The translations under genes and the position numbers were made by a program. The notes beneath the pieces are model-generated. The model saw nothing but the letters and a program-made list of their open reading frames with translations. It ran no database searches and was not told where the DNA came from. Below, piece after piece: positions 18,241-26,203 of a DNA stretch of 64,000 nucleotides. Each line of letters starts with the position of its first letter. Positions within the stretch are counted from its first letter, which is position 1. This DNA comes from Candidatus Fermentibacterota bacterium (lineage in GTDB: Bacteria; JAFGKV01), in contig JAFGKV010000114.1 in the NCBI GenBank assembly GCA_016928395.1, positions 16,525 through 80,524 on the forward strand. The letters run 5' to 3'.

Positions 18241-19095
18241 CTACGGCACCTCGGCCAGGGCAAGCCCCACGATCGTGTCGCTCTCACGTTCCGCGACAAG
18301 AAGCATGCCATCCGTGGCGAAACACACGGCGGACGGGCTGGCGAGTTGCGGCATGCCGGCAGGCGGGCATGACAGATCGTAGACGACACCGTTCTTGAAC
18401 ACCCTGACGACATGTGCCTCCTCGTCAACCATCGCGCCGAGCCCGTCTTTGCGAATGTCCACGCTCCCCGGCGATCCCCCCACCGCGATGGCTCCCCGAT
18501 GGTTGCCGTGTGTGTCAAAGAAGTGCACAAGGCCTCCAGCCTGATCAGACACCGCCACACGTCCAGCCGCACATGCGAGGCCGGCCGGTATGAGCGGGAT
18601 TCGCGGTTCGTCTCCTGCCCCGCTGAGTCGGCGCAAGCCATCGAAGGGGTCTGTTACCATGATCGTTCCTGAGCCCTCGTCGGCGACAAACACCCGCCCG
18701 TCGGGCAGCGAGGCCACTGCCAGGGGTTTCCAAGGCCACACTCCGCCACCGGGGCCACGGATCTCCGTCACGGGCACACCGGCTCTGTCGACCTTCAGCA
18801 TGCGTGAACCGTCGGTATCAGCCAGATAGACGAACTGCCCCCCCGGATCCGTGACTGCCACGCGGTCTGAGAACTCCATCCATCCCTGCCCATTCCCACC
18901 GAAGGAGCGGACATGCCTGCCGTCCATAGAAAAGAAGTGAAAACGGGCCACTCCACGGTCTCCCACCCAGAAACCACCATGGGGACTCCGCGCCAACGCC
19001 TCCGGGCCATGCAGGATGCCCGGCCCAACCACCACGGATGACGACATCACCGACACGGTCTCCATAGCGGCGGCCGTCAGCAGCGCAAGTATCAT
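18241..19095 (-). CDS. NHL-repeat beta-propeller protein (exported)
   Basis: Signal MILALLTAAAMETVSV. Repeated blades: GQFVYLADTDGSRMLKVDRAG, DGRVFVADEGSGTIMVTDPFDG, AGRVAVSDQAGGLVHFFDTHGNHRGAI, DGMLLVAERESDTIVGL. ATGA overlap with the tonB stop. Confidence 0.5.
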   Translation of the reverse strand: MILALLTAAAMETVSVMSSSVVVGPGILHGPEALARSPHGGFWVGDRGVARFHFFSMDGRHVRSFGGNGQGWMEFSDRVAVTDPGGQFVYLADTDGSRMLKVDRAGVPVTEIRGPGGGVWPWKPLAVASLPDGRVFVADEGSGTIMVTDPFDGLRRLSGAGDEPRIPLIPAGLACAAGRVAVSDQAGGLVHFFDTHGNHRGAIAVGGSPGSVDIRKDGLGAMVDEEAHVVRVFKNGVVYDLSCPPAGMPQLASPSAVCFATDGMLLVAERESDTIVGLALAEVP

Positions 19096-19784
19096 CGGAG
19101 AACAAACTCCACGGTCACGTCGCCGGTGGCGTCGGCGGATCCCGTCACCGATTCGAAACGCCATTGTCGAAGAGCCTCTATGGCGGCGTCATCCAGGGCG
19201 GGGTGAGCTTTGAGTACCAGAGTCGCGACCCTGACGTTCCCGTCCGGCGTGACCACCAGACGAACCTTGACAATCCCCCCGCTGGGCGCGCCCGGGGGAA
19301 AGACCGGGTCGACCATGTAGATCGGCGTTCGGGTCGAGAGCGTCCCTTCCACTCTGACTTTGACTCCCGATCCCACCGCCGGCGAGGACGTGGTCACCGG
19401 CATCGGAGCCAGTCGTGCGCCCGGAGAGGGGCCGGGAGGGGCAGGATCGGACGGGGAGAGCAAAGGGCTGGGGGGACGGTCCGAAAGAGCAGAGGAGGCC
19501 GGCAAGTCGGGAAGAAGTGCTTCGTTCCGCTCGGAAGCCGGCAGCGGCGCGATGTCACCGGTGCGTGCCCGCGGCCCTGTGGACTCCCGGGGCGGTGCCT
19601 GCGGCGCCGGCTGTTCCTCTGCCGAGGAGATCTCTCCAGCCAGCAACTCCACCTCCAGAGGCGGCGCCGCCATGGGCCGCACAGAGACATGAACAAGGAG
19701 GAAAAGCACGGCAAGGAGACCGTGCAACGCCACGGCGGCTCCCACTCCCACATGAGAGGGGGAACACCACGGATCGCGTCTCAC
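19092..19784 (-). CDS. tonB: Energy transducer TonB (N-terminal TM, Pro-rich linker, TonB_C domain)
   Basis: TM LHGLLAVLFLLVHV. Pro-rich PSPLLSPSDPAPPGPSPGARLAPMP. C-terminal PIYMVDPVFPPGAPSGGIVKVRLVVTPDGNVRVATLVLKAHPALDDAAIEALRQWRFES matches the TonB C-terminal fold pattern. Confidence 0.65.
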   Translation of the reverse strand: MRRDPWCSPSHVGVGAAVALHGLLAVLFLLVHVSVRPMAAPPLEVELLAGEISSAEEQPAPQAPPRESTGPRARTGDIAPLPASERNEALLPDLPASSALSDRPPSPLLSPSDPAPPGPSPGARLAPMPVTTSSPAVGSGVKVRVEGTLSTRTPIYMVDPVFPPGAPSGGIVKVRLVVTPDGNVRVATLVLKAHPALDDAAIEALRQWRFESVTGSADATGDVTVEFVLR

Positions 19785-20203
19785 CGGGCATCCTCCGGCT
19801 TCGACGCGATAAGCAACCGCTGGTACCCGGCGCGACGACCTGCATCCAGTACGCTCACCACCCAGTGGAACTGGCTCACCCGATCTGCCCTGATGATGAG
19901 CGAGGGTACTTCCTGCACGGGATCCAACGCGTGACGCAACTCCTCTTCCAGGCGTTCCGCCCCGATCCTCCGGGCGCCGAGAAAAATCTCACCGCGCTCG
20001 GTCACCGTCACCACGACTCGGTTGTGGGGCTCCGGCTCTGCGGTCTGAGTTCGTGGGAGGTCTATCTTGATACCCGGCTGCACCACGAAACTCGATGAGA
20101 GAAGGAAGAAGATCAGGAGCAAAAACACGATATCGGTAAGCGAGACTGCCGGGATGGAGGAGATCCGACGCCGTGACGTCTCAAACAACGACCGGGCCAT
20201 CAT
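19781..20203 (-). CDS. exbD: Biopolymer transport protein ExbD/TolR
   Basis: Internal Met start MMARSLFETSRRR. Single TM DIVFLLLIFFLLSSSFVV. Periplasmic domain ...RVVVTVTERGEIFLGARRIG...SLIIRADRVSQFHWVVSVLDAGRRAGYQRL typical of ExbD/TolR. Confidence 0.7.
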   Translation of the reverse strand: MMARSLFETSRRRISSIPAVSLTDIVFLLLIFFLLSSSFVVQPGIKIDLPRTQTAEPEPHNRVVVTVTERGEIFLGARRIGAERLEEELRHALDPVQEVPSLIIRADRVSQFHWVVSVLDAGRRAGYQRLLIASKPEDAR

Positions 20204-20816
20204 CTTCACCCTGAGTCGGCACCAGGCGCAGCAACTCCACCGCTGCGCGACGCATCTGGTGAGCAAGGCCTTCGATCTCGCCCACCAGCCAGTTGTTGCC
20301 GATGAGCGCGGGTATGCCCACCACCAATCCTCCGGCCGTGGTGACCAAGGCCTCCCAGATTCCTCCAGCGAGGATACTGGCATCAACCTGCCCGGCATGG
20401 GTCTGCACCTGCATGAAGGCCCGGATCATGCCCGTCACCGTGCCTAAGAACCCGACCATGGGCGCGGCGGCCGCCACGATGGCGAGCCAGCCTATGCGCC
20501 GCTCAAGAGTGTCGATCTCCAACTGCCCCGCCATGGCCATGCCGTCCCGCGCGACATCGCGATTGCCGCCGGCCTCCAGCCCCGCCAGTAACACCTTCGC
20601 TACGGGTGCGGTGCTTCGCCTGCACCGGGCCTGTGCTACTTCTTCCTGGCGCTCCTTGACCAGCGCCAGGATTTCCCAAGAGATCCGGTCAGTCCCCTTC
20701 CGGGCGCGCCGCAACACGATGTAGCGCTCGATGAACACCGCCAGGGCCACCAGTGACCCCAGCGCGATGGGCACCATGAAGTAGCCGCCCTTGATCACCA
20801 GCGTGAGAAGATTCAC
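20181..20816 (-). CDS. exbB: MotA/TolQ/ExbB proton-channel protein
   Basis: Probable GTG start (VNLLTLVIKGGYFMVPIALGSLVALAVFIERYI) sharing one G with the upstream TAG stop (ctaGTG). Three TM helices. Conserved C-terminal segment WLAIVAAAAPMVGFLGTVTGMIRAF. Confidence 0.7.
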   Translation of the reverse strand: MNLLTLVIKGGYFMVPIALGSLVALAVFIERYIVLRRARKGTDRISWEILALVKERQEEVAQARCRRSTAPVAKVLLAGLEAGGNRDVARDGMAMAGQLEIDTLERRIGWLAIVAAAAPMVGFLGTVTGMIRAFMQVQTHAGQVDASILAGGIWEALVTTAGGLVVGIPALIGNNWLVGEIEGLAHQMRRAAVELLRLVPTQGEDDGPVVV

Positions 20817-22243
20817 TAGGCTCCCTCCTGCCCGTAGGGCCGTTTGAGGCTCCATCCTAATCCGATCGCCACCATCGTGCGAGGACGCGCGGTGAGGCTG
20901 AACCCCCACCCACTGGATCCTCGAGCTATCGCTTCCCAACCCCCTCCCAGAGGCATCGCCACATCCAGCGTGACACCGCCTGATGCCGGGAGTGAAGCGT
21001 CCCACCCATGCAGTCCTGTTTCTCCTTCCACCGTTGCCCGGAGCCGGGGACGCTGCCCGCGGGCAGCAGACACCCACCACTCCATTTCCGGAATGAGGGG
21101 CCACTGCGCCGAGTACGGCAGAGAGCCAGCCCGGGTGGTGACCTCCAGTCCATCCAACGCCACGCCGCCACTGATCCGCCCTCGCGAGTCATGCCACGAC
21201 ACGGCCAGGCTTACCTTGAAGCCTTCTCCGGCCAGCGATTCCGTTACCCAGAGGTCGTCAACTTCCCGCCAGGCAGGCGCATGGCCAATGTGTCGATCCT
21301 GGAGAGTCCCAACGACGGTCATCCGGGGCGACGCCCGAACAGCCACGGTCGCGTCCACACTCCAATCCGTCACACACGCATGGCCAGAGGTCGTGGGATG
21401 GGCTGCGGGGAAGGCCTCACGCAGCGAGGTCTCATCGAGAAACGAGAGTGTCCGCTCTGCCGAAATCGCCCACGCGGTGCGTCCCAACGAGAGGGGACCG
21501 AGGCGAGTGGATGCCTCCATGATCAGGCGAGTCGTGTCACCATCGTCAACCATCATGGGACCGGCGCTGACCATGATCCGGGGACTCTCGTGGCACCAAC
21601 GCACCATGCCGCCCGCGACATGATCCCCCCCCGTCACCTCGAAGGGAAGATGCACTCCCGGCACATGGCCGGATACCCAGGCCTGACCATGGAAGGTGCT
21701 CTTCTCCCCCTCCCAGCCGCTCCCCGAGACCATGGCCCGGGTATGGTACAGGCCCAACGGGACCTCAGCCCAGAGACGTCCATGGACCCAGCCCGGTGCG
21801 ACCTCGATCTCGTCCAGCCGATCAGCCCAGTGCTGCACCCTTAGTCCCACGGACCCCCACGCGCCCGCCGTCAGAGCGCCGGCGCGCATGCCCCGGCGCT
21901 CCAGACGCCCCGCATCGAAACTCCAGAGCCGGGCCGCCACCCCGCCGCCGGCTTCTCCGAGACCGGCCGTAATCACTCCCGCGTACACGGGACCGGCGGC
22001 CGCGGACAGGCTGAATCCTACCGGGGGAGGCCGGTGAAGCGGCCGGACCGGGGCCTCCCGGTGCGAATCGCCCATCTCCGGCCTCGGCAACTGAATCGGG
22101 GGGATTGCCCGAGGAAGCAGCGGGGCAGACCAGAACTCCCTCTGGGGAAGATCAAGCTGTGGGGAGCCCTTCACCACCAGATGGGGCAGGTCTAGCTCGC
22201 CGGCCGCCATGACGAAGATCAGGCCGGCGACAAGGCTGCTCAC
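20816..22243 (-). CDS. Hypothetical exported W-rich protein, probable outer-membrane beta-barrel (475 aa)
   Basis: GTG start overlapping the upstream TPR stop (GTGA). Signal MSSLVAGLIFVMAAG. Many Trp/Gly. No family recognised. Confidence 0.4.
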   Translation of the reverse strand: MSSLVAGLIFVMAAGELDLPHLVVKGSPQLDLPQREFWSAPLLPRAIPPIQLPRPEMGDSHREAPVRPLHRPPPVGFSLSAAAGPVYAGVITAGLGEAGGGVAARLWSFDAGRLERRGMRAGALTAGAWGSVGLRVQHWADRLDEIEVAPGWVHGRLWAEVPLGLYHTRAMVSGSGWEGEKSTFHGQAWVSGHVPGVHLPFEVTGGDHVAGGMVRWCHESPRIMVSAGPMMVDDGDTTRLIMEASTRLGPLSLGRTAWAISAERTLSFLDETSLREAFPAAHPTTSGHACVTDWSVDATVAVRASPRMTVVGTLQDRHIGHAPAWREVDDLWVTESLAGEGFKVSLAVSWHDSRGRISGGVALDGLEVTTRAGSLPYSAQWPLIPEMEWWVSAARGQRPRLRATVEGETGLHGWDASLPASGGVTLDVAMPLGGGWEAIARGSSGWGFSLTARPRTMVAIGLGWSLKRPYGQEGA

Positions 22244-25086
22244 GGGCCGGCTCCAACGCCTTCGCCCGCCAATCGCCGCGCAGCCTCATTGGCTGGAGCC
22301 GCCAACGAATCCTGAGGGGAGAGGTAGGCCAGCCGGAGATAGAGCCTGCGTGCTTCACTGATGCTGCCCAAGGCTTCCTGAACCCGCGCGGCAATCCAGT
22401 AGACCCGTGGGGAGGGCCCGGTCGAGCGTTCAAGAAGCGGCGAAAGCCATGCCCAAGCGCTGTCGGCGCGGTCGGCGGCCAAATGCGTCTCCGCCCCGGC
22501 CAGGACTGCCTTGTCGCGCCACTCCACGCCGCCGGTGCTGGCCAGTGTCGCCCAGACGGCAATGGCCGAATCGGAGGAATCTTCAAGGGCGAAGCCCAGT
22601 TCATACCGTGCGGCGTCTCCCAGCTCGCTGCCTGGATAGAGGGCCAACATCTCTCGCAATAGCCTCGCCGCGGTAGCGGAATCCCGGGGGCGGGAGAGCC
22701 GCGCAGCCTCGTAGAGCCCCTCTGCGGCTTCGCGGGCATCGGGCCAAAGGCGAGCCAAGGACTCAAATGCCTCCTGCGCCTCGTCCACCCGCCCGGAACG
22801 GGCAAGACTCCACGCGGCACGCAGATCTGCCCAAGGCGTGCCAAGACTTCGATACAAGGGCAATGCATCCTCGTATCGATTGAGCCCGAAAAGAAGGTCT
22901 GCCTTTGCCTGGATCAGCCCGCTCCTCCTGCTCTCGTCCTGCGCCCGATTCAGCAGGGTATCACAGAGGATGATGGCCTGCCCGGCATCCGACGACTGCA
23001 ATTCCGCCCACAACGCTCCCTGGACGGCATGGGCCCACAGGTCAGAGTCAGGATAGCCTTGAACCAAGGAGAGATACGTGGTACGGGCAGTAGCATACTC
23101 ACCACGGTTATACTGACAATCTCCGATCCGATAGAGGGCATTGTCCCGCACTGTACGATCCCGTTGAAGGGCGACTACCCGTCGGTATTCGACCTCCGCC
23201 TCGTCGAATCTGCCGGCGCGGAAGAGGGCCTCAGCCTTCTCGAACAGCGCATTGTCGGCAATGTCTTCGGTGGGCGATGCATGGAATAGCCTGTCCAGCG
23301 TGGCAATAGCCTCATCAGTCTCACCGGCCAGCGACAGGGCCCGCCCCAGCCCCAACAAGGCTTCATCACCAATCTCGCGGCGGGCAACAATCTGGGTCGC
23401 CGCCCGGTACGATGCTGCGGCCTCGCGGTAGAGTTCCTGGGCCATGAGCACGTCCCCCGCGCGAAGAGTTGCCCTGGCAGCAGTCTCTGATCGCGGGTCG
23501 GCCGCCGCGGCTTCCCTGAAGCCCGCCAAAGCGTCGTCGTTCTTCCCCATGGAAAGAGAGGCCCATGCCCTGCCGAAGGCTGCGTCAGCCCGCTCCCGAG
23601 CCGTCGGCATGCCCGGAAGCGCCTCCCGATAGGCGGCCTCCGCCTCGGACCACCTCCCCTGACGGGCAATGGCCTCAGCTTTCCAGAATGCAATCCTGGC
23701 CGCAAGGCTGTCGTTCACCGACCCGCTGAAGGCACCGGCCAGACGCTCCACCCGATCCCATGACTCGGCACGATAAGCGGCAACCAGGGCCCGATATCCT
23801 AGATCGTGCGCCAGGTCTCCTTGCGCACGATCACGGGCATCGAGGAAGTACTCAGATGCATCGCTCCACCGGCCCTCGGCCGCCGAGATCTCAGCATAGA
23901 GAGCAAACGCCTCCACGCTGTCTCCGCGGCTGTGCAGGCGGGCCAAACCCCGGTCAAGGGTCTGCCTCGCCTCCCCCAGCCGGTTAAGATCGCGCTGGAG
24001 GCTCGCCCGAAGGAGAATGGCCCTGGCCAGCAGCGTCCGGTCGCTGATCCCGGCAGTTTCCACCGCCAGGAGCGAATCACCCGCCCCGGGCCGATCTGTC
24101 CTCTGAAGTGCGCTGGCCAGCAGGACTGCTGCCTCGCCCCGCTCGCTGCCCTCAAGCGTGCGCATGGCGCCTGAAAGCAACGCCGACGCCTCTTTGGGCC
24201 GGTCTTCCTCCATGTACATCCACCCCAGCAGCCTCACCGATTCAAGCCCGCGCTCGGCGAGAACCGCGATGGCCTCATCGTGCCGGCCCTGATCCCAGAT
24301 GCTGCGCGCCTTGAGTTCCCGCACCACTCGCGAATCCGCTCGTTCTGGCCAGCGCCGCGCCAGTGTCTGGAGGGTTACCTCGGTATCCGCGGGACGCTCC
24401 GTCTCCACCAATAGCCTCGCCAGGGACACTATGTCATCAGGCCGTGCATCGGGGCTGGCTACCAGCCTCGTCAAGACGTCTCTGGCCTGCTCGTCGCGCC
24501 CCATGCGCTGCAGGGCCTCGGCCTGGCGTCGCAGTGCCCATCCGTGGAGATCACCGGCGGGAAGCTTCTGGGTTGCCTGGCTCAGGAGTTCCGCGGCGCG
24601 GGGAAACGCATCTCGCCTGAATGCCGCCTCGCCGGCCCAGTAGATAGCCTCACCTGCTCCATGAGAGGCCTCGGCGGCAGCCCGAAGATACAGGCTCTCG
24701 GCTTGAACGAACGAGCCCAGCTCGAACAGCGTCGCAGCGAGACGGAGGAGGGCTTCACCTGTCCATGGTGAGACCGGATGCGTGGCAATAAAGGATTCCA
24801 GACGTGTGCGAGCGCGTACCCATTCACCCAGTTGCACCCAGCAGTCTGCCGCCAGAAAGGCGGCTTCCTCGGCATCGGGATGTGATCGACGCTGAGCGAC
24901 GAAGCGTTCGAGTTCATCAGCAGCCAGACGGTACTCGCCCTGGGAGTAAAGGTGCCGGGCGAAGTCAAGATCGAGCCGGGCACCGGCATCGGGTTGCGCG
25001 CGTAGTGGTGACACCGATGGCATGAGGACCACGAGGAGCCCGACAGCCCCGATGACCGCACCGCGGGGATGAAAACGCCGCATCAT
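22240..25086 (-). CDS. Large periplasmic tetratricopeptide-repeat protein (~949 aa)
   Basis: Signal MMRRFHPRGAVIGAVGLLVVLMPSVSPLRAQ. More than 20 TPR-like helix pairs across the length (AEALQRMGRDEQARDVLTRL; YRIGDCQYNRGEYATARTTYLSLV, etc.). ATGA overlap with the upstream lipoprotein stop. Confidence 0.65.
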   Translation of the reverse strand: MMRRFHPRGAVIGAVGLLVVLMPSVSPLRAQPDAGARLDLDFARHLYSQGEYRLAADELERFVAQRRSHPDAEEAAFLAADCWVQLGEWVRARTRLESFIATHPVSPWTGEALLRLAATLFELGSFVQAESLYLRAAAEASHGAGEAIYWAGEAAFRRDAFPRAAELLSQATQKLPAGDLHGWALRRQAEALQRMGRDEQARDVLTRLVASPDARPDDIVSLARLLVETERPADTEVTLQTLARRWPERADSRVVRELKARSIWDQGRHDEAIAVLAERGLESVRLLGWMYMEEDRPKEASALLSGAMRTLEGSERGEAAVLLASALQRTDRPGAGDSLLAVETAGISDRTLLARAILLRASLQRDLNRLGEARQTLDRGLARLHSRGDSVEAFALYAEISAAEGRWSDASEYFLDARDRAQGDLAHDLGYRALVAAYRAESWDRVERLAGAFSGSVNDSLAARIAFWKAEAIARQGRWSEAEAAYREALPGMPTARERADAAFGRAWASLSMGKNDDALAGFREAAAADPRSETAARATLRAGDVLMAQELYREAAASYRAATQIVARREIGDEALLGLGRALSLAGETDEAIATLDRLFHASPTEDIADNALFEKAEALFRAGRFDEAEVEYRRVVALQRDRTVRDNALYRIGDCQYNRGEYATARTTYLSLVQGYPDSDLWAHAVQGALWAELQSSDAGQAIILCDTLLNRAQDESRRSGLIQAKADLLFGLNRYEDALPLYRSLGTPWADLRAAWSLARSGRVDEAQEAFESLARLWPDAREAAEGLYEAARLSRPRDSATAARLLREMLALYPGSELGDAARYELGFALEDSSDSAIAVWATLASTGGVEWRDKAVLAGAETHLAADRADSAWAWLSPLLERSTGPSPRVYWIAARVQEALGSISEARRLYLRLAYLSPQDSLAAPANEAARRLAGEGVGAGP

Positions 25087-25688
25087 TCGCTCGTGACAAA
25101 GAAGAGGGCCAGCAACGTGCCTACCACGCCGGCGACCACCATGGGCGCCACCACACCTGGCGACGTAGGCACTGCTGCCGAAGGTGTGAAAACAGGATCG
25201 GACAACCCTGCCAATTCGACGGCCGGTGTCCACTCCTGCCGGCGGTCCACGGCCCTGGTGCTGGCAATCACGTCGCCGCCCGGCCCGAGCAGCCGCGCCA
25301 CCAGACTACACGACCCATCGCGCAGAACCCAGGGTTTCATCATGATCCCCCGTCGGTCAACTTTCCGATGGCGAACCCCCAACTCCACGATGCGCACGTG
25401 GAGTGTGTGGGTCGTGGAGTCACGTCCACTCTCCCGCAGCGCAAATCCGCGACCCAGCAGCTCGCCCTCCAGCAATGAACGCACAAGCCATGCGCCTTCG
25501 CCCCCGCCCGTCATCTCAAGACTGAGGCCTTCTTGTGGGTACGCCTTACATAGTGCGGTCACGCTGTCCACCGCGACGGCAGCCGCCCTGCTCACCATCT
25601 CGAGATCGGTAGGCTGCGGACGAAGCTGGGCAGAACCGGATGCGCAGGCCAGGAACCCCAACCCGACCAAGGCGAGGTAGCGCCTCAC
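25083..25688 (-). CDS. Hypothetical exported/lipoprotein-like protein with C-terminal TM
   Basis: GTG start overlapping the upstream stop (GTGA). Signal MRRYLALVGLGFLACASG. C-terminal hydrophobic VVAPMVVAGVVGTLLALFFV. Confidence 0.4.
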   Translation of the reverse strand: MRRYLALVGLGFLACASGSAQLRPQPTDLEMVSRAAAVAVDSVTALCKAYPQEGLSLEMTGGGEGAWLVRSLLEGELLGRGFALRESGRDSTTHTLHVRIVELGVRHRKVDRRGIMMKPWVLRDGSCSLVARLLGPGGDVIASTRAVDRRQEWTPAVELAGLSDPVFTPSAAVPTSPGVVAPMVVAGVVGTLLALFFVTSE

Positions 25689-26203
25689 GGCTCCTGCTCC
25701 AGATCATACAAGTCGGTAATACGGAAGCGATCGTCGGCGCACCTCGTAATCACAAACTCCGCCCAGAAGTAGCCGACGCCTTTCTCGAAAAGCTGGTCGG
25801 CGGTCTCCCAGACGAGTAGATCGCACTCTCGGTACAAACGCCACGTCTCCGGATCGTCGCTGATTCTGGTCGCATAGTCTCCCACCATGGTCAGCTCGAT
25901 GTGATCCATGGTGCTGAACATCTTGCGGTGCATCCGCTCCTCCTCCACCTTGCCCCAGGAAGGCGCCGGCCAGATGTCGTTCACGTCGCGGGGGACCAGA
26001 TGGAACTCAAAGGTGTCCACGAGGCATTCCAAGTAGCGGTCGATATCTTTGCGTTGATAGGCGTTGGCCAGTTGCACGACGACGCCTGCAGGGGTTGCCA
26101 GCAAATCCTGGGGGTCACCATCATCCTTGTCCGGGTCAAAGATGCAACCGGCAAGGCATAGGGCCGCCACCGGCAGGATCACGCCCACTTTCCATCTGGT
26201 CAT
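25685..26203 (-). CDS. Hypothetical lipoprotein
   Basis: Signal plus consensus lipobox ILPVAALCLAGCIFD (L-A-G-C). ATGA overlap with the ClpX-like stop. Confidence 0.4.
   Translation of the reverse strand: MTRWKVGVILPVAALCLAGCIFDPDKDDGDPQDLLATPAGVVVQLANAYQRKDIDRYLECLVDTFEFHLVPRDVNDIWPAPSWGKVEEERMHRKMFSTMDHIELTMVGDYATRISDDPETWRLYRECDLLVWETADQLFEKGVGYFWAEFVITRCADDRFRITDLYDLEQEP

Noticed and set aside
18241-19095. TolB identity for the beta-propeller
   Set aside because: The blades look like NHL repeats (x-ADxxGxR-x-V-x) rather than PD40/TolB repeats. There is no TolB N-terminal domain and the protein has only about 285 aa.
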